This document shows, piece after piece, positions 1 to 6,990 of a stretch of DNA of 12,821 nt (the first letter of the stretch is position 1; the number at the start of each line of letters is the position of its first letter). This DNA is from Candidatus Heimdallarchaeota archaeon B3_Heim (GTDB lineage: Archaea; Asgardarchaeota; Heimdallarchaeia; Hodarchaeales; Hodarchaeaceae), in contig NJBF01000069.1 in assembly GCA_003144275.1 (NCBI GenBank), positions 1 through 12,821 of the forward strand. Reading direction: 5' to 3'. Made by a program: the position numbers and the translations under genes. The notes beneath the pieces were generated by a model. That model was not told the DNA's origin, made no database searches, and was given only the letters and a program-made list of their open reading frames with translations.

Positions 1-2
1 AT

Positions 3-98
3 GTTGTTTTTAACACAGAAACTAGCTCTGGTAGTTCTACTATAACCATAATTACTGTACTTCTGGCACTGATCGTCCTTCGAAAAAAGAGGAATTAA
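3..98 (+). CDS. 3' end of a gene running in from the left: C-terminal membrane anchor with basic tail
   Basis: Frame from 3 reads VVFNTETSSGSSTITIITVLLALIVLRKKRN, TAA at 96-98. This is a Ser/Thr linker, a hydrophobic helix and a polybasic tail. Confidence 0.75.
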   Translation, partial: VVFNTETSSGSSTITIITVLLALIVLRKKRN

Positions 99-122
99 TT
101 CTTGGGCGGTTTCTTACACAAT

Positions 123-257
123 TTTTCTTGTGTTAATAAACTCTCTCGGAATCAGGCCTTAGAAGCTGGATCCGAGGTCAGAATCGCGAATGGTCAATAT
201 CCCAAAAGTCTTTTATTTTAAGCATATCCCGTTAAATGTTGATATAAAGAGTATCAA
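123..257 (+). repeat. Copy R1 (shortest, right-truncated) of a three-copy dispersed element with coding signature
   Basis: Aligns with 982- and 2375- from TTTTC(T/A)TGTGTTAATAAA through AGGTCAGAATCGCGAATGGTC to AGTATCAA (257). From ATG 190 it reads MVNIPKVFYFKHIPLNVDIKSI. Confidence 0.9.
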
Positions 258-262
258 TATTC

Positions 263-988
263 TTAAATTTCTTGAATAGCCGTTCTTTTCTTCTGTCGCC
301 GTCTTCGAAGTATTATCAAACTGACACTAGGTAATAAAACGAGTACAGTTACGGTTAAAATAAGACGGGGTAATTCTTCGCTTTTGGCTTTTCTCCAAGC
401 AGCAATATCAGCAACATACAAGTGGGATGTTCCAACATCGAATAAATAACCTGGAAAAATCATGATCAATTGATAAGTCCCCTGGGCATACTCTATACTA
501 TTATTTAACCTGATATAAAACCCTATCCCAGTCATAAAATCAGCTGTGATATGTGAAACGTATTTTTCAGTAGCTTTTTGTCCTGGGTCAACGGAAAACT
601 GCTTTGGCCCTTCCCACCAATTCTCGACATTCTTGTATGTTCGAATGACTGGATTGGAATAGCTAATGTCAATCCTTGTGCTCGAATTTGCTAAAAGATC
701 TACAGTTAGATTCCACGTTTCGCCAATTCGATTAATATTACCTGCTGATGCAAGGAAAAGGCTTTCAGTTGTGTTATATAGTGAAAACGTCCCACTTTTT
801 TCTATCCTTTCGGGAGTTAATGGGAATGCGTGTAGTTCTCGATTTAAAGGTAGAAATATCATTATTAAGAATATTATACACGTGAAGTGTCCCGTCCACT
901 TTTTCATGCCCTTCTCACTCTTGATTACTTTTAAAAAAAAATATCTATTCTTATCAAATTTATTTCTTATTTCTCCGATTTTTTTCAT
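263..988 (-). CDS. Secreted, C-terminally anchored protein of unknown function (probable true start ATG at 907, MKKWTGHF)
   Basis: 241-aa ORF. MKKWTGHFTCIIFLIMIFLPLNRELHA looks like a signal peptide. The C-terminus has a TM helix (LILTVTVLVLLPSVSLIIL) followed by RRRRQKKR. The ATG at 988 lies inside repeat R2. Confidence 0.8.
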   Translation of the reverse strand: MKKIGEIRNKFDKNRYFFLKVIKSEKGMKKWTGHFTCIIFLIMIFLPLNRELHAFPLTPERIEKSGTFSLYNTTESLFLASAGNINRIGETWNLTVDLLANSSTRIDISYSNPVIRTYKNVENWWEGPKQFSVDPGQKATEKYVSHITADFMTGIGFYIRLNNSIEYAQGTYQLIMIFPGYLFDVGTSHLYVADIAAWRKAKSEELPRLILTVTVLVLLPSVSLIILRRRRQKKRTAIQEI

Positions 989-1231
989 GTGTTAATAAAG
1001 CCTCTTGTGATCAGGCCTAAGAAACAGGATCAAAGGTCAGAATCGCGAATGGTCGATGTGCCGAAAGTCTTCTATTTTAAACACATTCCATTAAACATCG
1101 ATGAAAATAGTATCAAGGTCTTCCTCCACTCCAAAGATACCTATACAGTTGAATACAGACTTTTTTAATTTAGATCTGTCCTTGTTATGACGACCCCTGA
1201 ATGTGGATGCTGGTTTCGACAAAAGAAAAAC
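982..1231 (+). repeat. Copy R2 of the three-copy element; in-frame TAA at 1166-1168
   Basis: From ATG 1049 it reads MVDVPKVFYFKHIPLNIDENSIKVFLHSKDTYTVEYRLF*FRSVLVMTTPECGCWFRQKKN, colinear with R3. Confidence 0.9.
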
Positions 1232-1257
1232 GAAGGGGGATTTATCACGATTCTTGA

Positions 1258-2274
1258 TTATTTATTCTTCTTTCGCTTCCGCCATATCCGATATCCCATT
1301 ACACCGACAATGCCTAAGAGAGGTGTAAGAAAAGAGAGATCAAAGAGTTGATTCGATTTTATATTACTTATCTGGATGTACAGATTCGCACTTGCTAACC
1401 ACACGCTCACTGTGGGTTCCCAGAATAGGTATTTTTTGGTTACATTGACTGCTGACAGTTTTATTTCAGAGTCCTCTATGATTTCCTCCCCTGCAATTGT
1501 TGTTGAAATTTTTAGACTATCCAAGGAAAATCCGTATCCCGCTTCCAATGTTATTTTATTTTCTCCTTCTATTTCCACAGGTAATCTATAAAGAAGGCTC
1601 TTACTCCCATATTCTTCGTGCCAAATAATTGGCCAATAGTTCTGGATACTTCCATTCTCAAAAATTCTAAAAAATACCCAGACGCTTGTTCGTATTGTGA
1701 AAGTTAGCATAATTGTCCAATTCAATACAGGAATAGGAATCGTCTTGGAAATTGTGTTTAACCCAAGAATCTCATCAATGATTATTGGATCTATTCCTAT
1801 CATTGCATCATTAATTGTTTGAAAGCTAATTTCTTGATTTCCAATAGTCACAGGTAAATATTCCCCAATAATTGGATCTAATGCATCTATTAAGAGAGAT
1901 TGGACATCCATGATATACAACTCTGTATGGGATTCTCGGGGAAGAATCTCACTTGTGAGGTTAATCGTTGCATTTGGTTTAATTGTTTCATCCGATTTAA
2001 AAGAGAGAAATGCATCTATTGCAATGGACACATTAAACTCGCCCACTTGCGGAGAGTAAATTAGCATCTTTTGCTCCCACTCTATGATCCCAGTATCATT
2101 GATTTTATTATCCGCGTCTGTATGATTGAATTGTGTCTTTGGATATGGGATAGTAATATCCATCAACCGTAATTTTGGATACGGTGGGTCAGATCTACTA
2201 TCCCCCAGAATTTTCGCGGGATAAAGTGAAATACTGAGAATTATAATTATGATAATTCCCAAAATACGTTTCAT
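1258..2274 (-). CDS. Secreted, C-terminally anchored protein of unknown function
   Basis: 338-aa ORF with N-terminal signal MKRILGIIIIIILSISLYPAKILG and a C-terminal hydrophobic segment followed by RIWRKRKKNK. An SD-like AGGTGA lies upstream. Confidence 0.85.
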   Translation of the reverse strand: MKRILGIIIIIILSISLYPAKILGDSRSDPPYPKLRLMDITIPYPKTQFNHTDADNKINDTGIIEWEQKMLIYSPQVGEFNVSIAIDAFLSFKSDETIKPNATINLTSEILPRESHTELYIMDVQSLLIDALDPIIGEYLPVTIGNQEISFQTINDAMIGIDPIIIDEILGLNTISKTIPIPVLNWTIMLTFTIRTSVWVFFRIFENGSIQNYWPIIWHEEYGSKSLLYRLPVEIEGENKITLEAGYGFSLDSLKISTTIAGEEIIEDSEIKLSAVNVTKKYLFWEPTVSVWLASANLYIQISNIKSNQLFDLSFLTPLLGIVGVMGYRIWRKRKKNK

Positions 2275-2282
2275 TTAGCTAA

Positions 2283-2331
2283 TTCACCTTAAGTCAGATT
2301 AATTACCCCTAATTTGTACTTAAAGCTTTCC
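2283..2331 (-). promoter_or_regulatory. Archaeal-type BRE/TATA and SD for the 1258-2274 gene
   Basis: Minus strand reads GGAAAGC-TTTAAGTA (2331-2317), about 43 nt upstream of the ATG, and AGGTGAA (2289-2283) just before the ATG. Confidence 0.6.
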
Positions 2332-2374
2332 TCGAAGTATGTAACAAAATATTCTCATGAGGTTCTATATCATC

Positions 2375-2623
2375 TTTTCATGTGTTAATAAACCCTCTTT
2401 CGAGTCTACCTAAGAAGCGAGATCCGAGGTCAGAATCGCGGATGGTCGATGGTCCAAAAGTCTTTATTTCAAGCATATCCCGTTAAACGTCGATAAAAAT
2501 AGTATTAAGGTCTTCCTCCATTCCAAAGATACCTTTTCCCTTGAATACAGTATTTTTGAACAAAAAACCGTTCATGTAACCATGGCACCAGTCTGCGGTC
2601 GTTGGTTTCGGCAAAAAAAGACC
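2375..2623 (+). repeat. Copy R3 of the three-copy element; 1-nt deletion near 2465
   Basis: Reads MVDGPKVF, then after a frameshift FKHIPLNVDKNSIKVFLHSKDTFSLEYSIFEQKTVHVTMAPVCGRWFRQKKT. The shifted frame stays open to TGA at 2759-2761. Confidence 0.9.
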
Positions 2624-2717
2624 GCCCGCGCGTTGGCCTCCATTCAGCAATTTGCCTCCACTATGGGCTTACATTCTGATTTTAATCCTTCACACCTCGA
2701 CCCCTCTATCCAATATC

Positions 2718-2732
2718 TTTTAAGTTATAAAT
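2718..2732 (+). promoter_or_regulatory. TATA-like element for the 2758 gene
   Basis: TTTTAAGTTATAAAT lies 26-40 nt upstream of the ATG. Confidence 0.45.
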
Positions 2733-2757
2733 CTCCAGTTAAGAGTAGATTTTTACC

Positions 2758-3483
2758 ATGAGTATTTCCAATATTTCGCTCACTTTTTCATATTTACATC
2801 CTGTATGGTTTATTATCAGCTTTTTCGGAGTGATCCTAATCGAAGGAGGGATTTATTATTTTTATTTTCATGATGCGCTTAGAGCGCTTAAGTTCGCAGC
2901 CATTGCAAATACGATAACTACGTTTTTTCCCCTTCCCTTACTGTTATTTCCTATATTTTCTCGAACAGATACTCTTATGGAGGATGGATATATCGTTCAA
3001 GGAGGATCCGAGATGCATTCCCTCTGGTTGATCCCGATTATCTTCGGATTCGTACTCCTTGTTGATTTACCCCCCGCTCCTCCATATGCCTATAACGTGG
3101 TTACCTCTGATTATATCTGGACATTTTTTATATTTATGATGGCATTTGTGTTGTCTGCCATCATTGAATTTTATTTTATTCGAATAGCAAGTACACCTGG
3201 GGAGAACGAGGGTAATCTTACACTTTCCCGACTAAAAATGGTTTTATTTGCAAATCTAGCAACGTATATTCTCATCGTTGGTTGTTTGATAAGTATCGGT
3301 TTTCTAGCTGCTGTTTCCGGAGTTATTGATCCTATTAGTGAGCTCTCCTGGTTATTCTCCACCAATGCTGGGAATGTAGGATTGATTCTCCTGTTTTTTG
3401 TTATTTTTCTTTTCGTGTTCGCGTTGATCGTCAGTTTGATGAAGGGTTTTATTCCAGTGCAAAGATTGAAAACTGGGAATTAG
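2758..3483 (+). CDS. Polytopic membrane protein with internal two-fold repeat
   Basis: 241 aa with about 6-7 hydrophobic segments. The motif W...IE.....(K)....AN..T occurs twice. Confidence 0.8.
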   Translation: MSISNISLTFSYLHPVWFIISFFGVILIEGGIYYFYFHDALRALKFAAIANTITTFFPLPLLLFPIFSRTDTLMEDGYIVQGGSEMHSLWLIPIIFGFVLLVDLPPAPPYAYNVVTSDYIWTFFIFMMAFVLSAIIEFYFIRIASTPGENEGNLTLSRLKMVLFANLATYILIVGCLISIGFLAAVSGVIDPISELSWLFSTNAGNVGLILLFFVIFLFVFALIVSLMKGFIPVQRLKTGN

Positions 3484-3538
3484 AATTGTTGTTCCCACTG
3501 TCATTTGTCTAATCTCCGTCAATGGGCAATTGTCATTT

Positions 3539-3718
3539 TTAAGTACTAATGACTTCCCCCTGGATCTGTCTACGTCTTTTGATTTCAGTACCCTTCAAGC
3601 TCCTCCCCACCAGCGACGCCTCCAGACCTCGTATCAGCAGCCTGTCTTTGACCCCATTGATGAAATTGCTTTCTTCAGAATACACAGAGAGGAATTCAAA
3701 GAATAAAGAAAATATCAT
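3539..3718 (-). CDS. Possible 59-aa small protein (below the ORF-track cutoff)
   Basis: Reads MIFSLFFEFLSVYSEESNFINGVKDRLLIRGLEASLVGRSLKGTEIKRRRQIQGEVIST*, with GAGGAG 6 nt upstream of the ATG. Confidence 0.3.
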   Translation of the reverse strand: MIFSLFFEFLSVYSEESNFINGVKDRLLIRGLEASLVGRSLKGTEIKRRRQIQGEVIST

Positions 3719-3844
3719 TACTTCTCCTCATTTTTTCAGAAAGTTGAACGAAGAAGAACTGATTAAAATAATATTACATGAAGAAAATCCAGAACGACAA
3801 GATTAATCTTAAACGGCATAATCCATAGCGATGAATTCAAAAAA

Positions 3845-3890
3845 AAGAAATCTTATATATCCCGAAAGATACCAAAACTATTTTGGAGGT
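3845..3890 (+). promoter_or_regulatory. BRE/TATA-like promoter and SD for the beta-helix gene
   Basis: AAGAAATCTTATATAT at 3845-3860. GGAGGT at 3885-3890 lies 7 nt before an in-frame TTG at 3898. Confidence 0.55.
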
Positions 3891-6069
3891 ATTTATATTG
3901 AGACGAAGACGTTTTTTAGGAATGATTTGTATTTATCCAATAAGAATAGTTATTATCTTATTTCTTTTTATAAATTTGATTTTTGTCTTTAATTCGCACT
4001 TTAGTGAATTTATTTCTCATCAAGAAAATATGAAGGCTTTTTATAACAAAAATGAGTCAGAAAATCACAGAGTTAACCCTAAAATCATGTACATGACACG
4101 AACTACCCCTATCCAAATTTCAAGCTATGGAGAGCTTGTTTCGTTTTCCAGTACGGGTTTCGGAACAAAAAGTCAACCATTTATTATCGATGGGTGGAAT
4201 GTAACAACTAATACCGGTCCATGTATCAGTGTTTCAACCACTGACTATTATTTTATCATCAGGGACAATATATTTAATGGAATTGATAATTCATATAATG
4301 GCGTCTTTCTTGATCATACCGTGAACGGAACTATTGCTTTTAATGAGATTTATAATTGTAAAAATGGTTTATATGCTGATTTTGCCCGATTCAATAACTT
4401 GTCTGGTAACACCATTTATGGTAACTCAGAACACGGGATTTATCTGGCATCGTCTTCCCGATTTATAAACATCACAGCCAACGATATAACCGCCAATACA
4501 CTAAATGGTATATACGTGTCGTGGTCGCCTTTTAATAATATTACAGACAACACAATTTATGCAAATATTAAGACTGGAATTGAATTAAATGGATTAACTG
4601 CGGCAGACAATACGATAGCAAGAAATATCATTTATAACAATACATTACATGGAATTCATGCAAGAAATAATGCAGAAAGAAACAAAATAAACGAGAATAA
4701 TCTTACGTCTAATCAAGAAAATGGTATGCGATTAGAAAACTCCCCAGATAATATTATCACGAGCAATAATATCTCCAATAATTATCAAGATGGAATCCTC
4801 ATTTCTACTTCTAATGGAAATATGTTATCGGGGAATGAGGTTTATAGAAATGTTTGGAACGGGGTAAAACTCGTTAACTCCGACGATGTGAGCGTTAATG
4901 GAAATAATATTTTCTTTAATTTCCAAAATGGAATATGGTACGACAGATCTAATCATTCCTCATTTATTCTGAATAATGTTTACAACAATTCTTGGGCAGG
5001 GATAGGAGTAGATTTTTCAATGACTAATACCTTTGGATCTAACACAATTTATGAAAATGATCATGGAATTGCGGTTTCCTTCTCAAATGATATAGAAATA
5101 TCTGAGAATTCAGTCGATAAAAATGCTCTAACGGGAATCGTAATCTACAACACTATTGACGTAACTTTGGAGCTAAATGATATCACTAATAACGAGGATG
5201 AGGGGATATTATTATTAGAATCAAGCAATTTGATTATACGGTATAATAATTTAATTGATAATATCTACGACTCTTCTCGTCCCCAAATTAACGATACTGG
5301 ATCGTCGAATCTTATACAATATAACTATTATGATGATTGGTTGGCTGGAACTAATGACTCTGATGGCATTGTGGATAACCCTTACGTTTTTTCTGGAACA
5401 GCTTCTAATTCGGATGCCTTTCCCGTTTGCTCCGCCTTTAATTTCAGCTACATTCCCCCTATAACAAATCTTGATATTATATCTCCCGATGGAGGCGAAG
5501 TATTTGATGATGACGATAATATATTAATTCAATGGACGGCTCCCTATGACCCCTTGACCAGAAGTGTGGTCTACACTCTCTATTATTCCTCAGATAATGG
5601 TTTTTCATGGAATATACTCGTTGGATCCTGGATAGAAACCACATTCAACTGGAATTCCTTATCAAGTCTCCCTAAAACAAGCATTTATCTTATCAAAGGA
5701 ACAGGAACAATAGAAGGAGGAATTAATCTCGAAGGTGTTTCAGCAGGGAATTTTGAAATTCAATCAACTAGTACAACAACGACTACCCTACCTACAACAA
5801 CAACGACTATTACACAGGAGGATGGATTGTTTGGTACGGTAGAACAAGTTGCAGGTGCAGCAGTAGCTGTTATCAGTCTTATGGTTGGATCATATGGATT
5901 TGTGAGGGGAGTTCTTCCGCGACTCTTACGAAGTAGAAAAGAAAAAGCAGCAATTGAGAAATTCAAGGCGTCTAAGGCCACTGAAGAGGAAATTATCAAA
6001 ATTGCAGAAGAATCTGGTATCTCTGTAGCCGAATTTAAAAAAGTACTAAAACAAGAGGGTTATCTTTAA
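3883..6069 (+). CDS. Cell-surface right-handed parallel beta-helix (PbH1/NosD-like) protein with Ig-like domain, Thr-rich linker and TM anchor (probable start TTG 3898)
   Basis: Many N.I.GN.I..N...GI.L repeats. A SPDGGE...IQW...YTLYYSSDNG Ig-like module is followed by STSTTTTTLPTTTTTIT, a TM segment (VAGAAVAVISLMVGSYGFV) and a charged cytoplasmic tail. Confidence 0.9.
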   Translation: MEVFILRRRRFLGMICIYPIRIVIILFLFINLIFVFNSHFSEFISHQENMKAFYNKNESENHRVNPKIMYMTRTTPIQISSYGELVSFSSTGFGTKSQPFIIDGWNVTTNTGPCISVSTTDYYFIIRDNIFNGIDNSYNGVFLDHTVNGTIAFNEIYNCKNGLYADFARFNNLSGNTIYGNSEHGIYLASSSRFINITANDITANTLNGIYVSWSPFNNITDNTIYANIKTGIELNGLTAADNTIARNIIYNNTLHGIHARNNAERNKINENNLTSNQENGMRLENSPDNIITSNNISNNYQDGILISTSNGNMLSGNEVYRNVWNGVKLVNSDDVSVNGNNIFFNFQNGIWYDRSNHSSFILNNVYNNSWAGIGVDFSMTNTFGSNTIYENDHGIAVSFSNDIEISENSVDKNALTGIVIYNTIDVTLELNDITNNEDEGILLLESSNLIIRYNNLIDNIYDSSRPQINDTGSSNLIQYNYYDDWLAGTNDSDGIVDNPYVFSGTASNSDAFPVCSAFNFSYIPPITNLDIISPDGGEVFDDDDNILIQWTAPYDPLTRSVVYTLYYSSDNGFSWNILVGSWIETTFNWNSLSSLPKTSIYLIKGTGTIEGGINLEGVSAGNFEIQSTSTTTTTLPTTTTTITQEDGLFGTVEQVAGAAVAVISLMVGSYGFVRGVLPRLLRSRKEKAAIEKFKASKATEEEIIKIAEESGISVAEFKKVLKQEGYL

Positions 6070-6087
6070 TTTTCAATAATACCGACC

Positions 6088-6597
6088 TTACTCTTTTAAC
6101 GGACTTTTAATAAGGTAATTATAGACATACCTTATCAATTTTTTTTCTACAGCCCACATTATTATCTTATAGGCTATTTCAAAGCTGCACCATTTCCAAT
6201 CTGTATGTTCCGGAGGATTCAGCACCGGATCCTGGGGTTGATCTATTAGAGCGATGAAATTATAAAATGTAATCTTTTCTAATTCTTCTTGAAGCTGAGG
6301 AGGACTTCTATCACCCTCATCTTCATCATTTTCGATATATAATTCTTGAGGAATGTTAAGCGGGAGTATAAGAGCAGGAATGTATGCTGTTTCTTCATAT
6401 AGTTCTCTTTTTGCACACTCCAGAGGACTTTCTCCTTTCGGGTGATCAAGGGCCCCCATGGTATCCCCTACTGAACCACTTACGCATTGCCAATTGTAAC
6501 TCAATGTAGTCCTTTTTATCATGAGAAATTCTAAATTGTTGTTTTTGTACCTGATGGGATAAACATTAACCATCTCTTTCTGAACCATCATACTCAC
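6088..6597 (-). CDS. Nudix hydrolase, NudB-like
   Basis: Nudix box GESPLECAKRELYEETAY. WQCVSGSV resembles NudB WQSVTGSV, and there is a C-terminal EHTDWKW motif. Confidence 0.85.
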   Translation of the reverse strand: MSMMVQKEMVNVYPIRYKNNNLEFLMIKRTTLSYNWQCVSGSVGDTMGALDHPKGESPLECAKRELYEETAYIPALILPLNIPQELYIENDEDEGDRSPPQLQEELEKITFYNFIALIDQPQDPVLNPPEHTDWKWCSFEIAYKIIMWAVEKKLIRYVYNYLIKSPLKE

Positions 6598-6990
6598 TTT
6601 AAATCATGATTAGTTAAAAATAATAAATCTGAATTAATTATACCATCATTAAATTTGTTCCTAGTAAGATTCGACTTAACCTCATTAATTGCATAAACAC
6701 CTTCTGCTCTGTCCAATAGGCGGGTGGCTAATGGGGTAAATAGGGCAAACACTTTTGTGATAACCGATCCTGATACTCCAAATGACTAATTCTCCGAGCG
6801 AATAATTCTCCTCTAGATGCTGATACCCTTTAGATTTCGGTCCTCTCTTAATAATAATCCTTTGCATTGTTTTATAAATTCATAAATACTATAATCTCAT
6901 TCATTCTTATATTTACTATTGGTTTTTAAATGTTAATTCTTCATCACAGAGAGCCTGTAGAAGGATATCGAGGTTTGTTGAGAGAGGTTT

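Noticed and set aside
231-2488. R1-R3 as attC sites for the nearby IntI (GTTAAAT at 231, GTTAAAC at 2482)
   Set aside because: R2 has ATTAAAC, there is no RYYYAAC partner or long imperfect palindrome, and the motif falls on conserved P-L-N codons of a coding remnant.
2365-2580. Minus-strand reading of the repeats (MEEDLNTIFIDV*...) or 5'-truncated group II intron copies
   Set aside because: Substitutions are synonymous in the plus-strand frame, and I see no domain V/VI-like motif.
3549-3806. 85-aa plus-strand ORF
   Set aside because: It has no SD and no recognisable motif, and an opposite-strand ORF with a good SD competes for the space. It cannot be fully excluded.
5761-5815. ACA/ACT-rich short tandem repeat
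   Set aside because: It encodes an ordinary Thr-rich linker of the surface protein.
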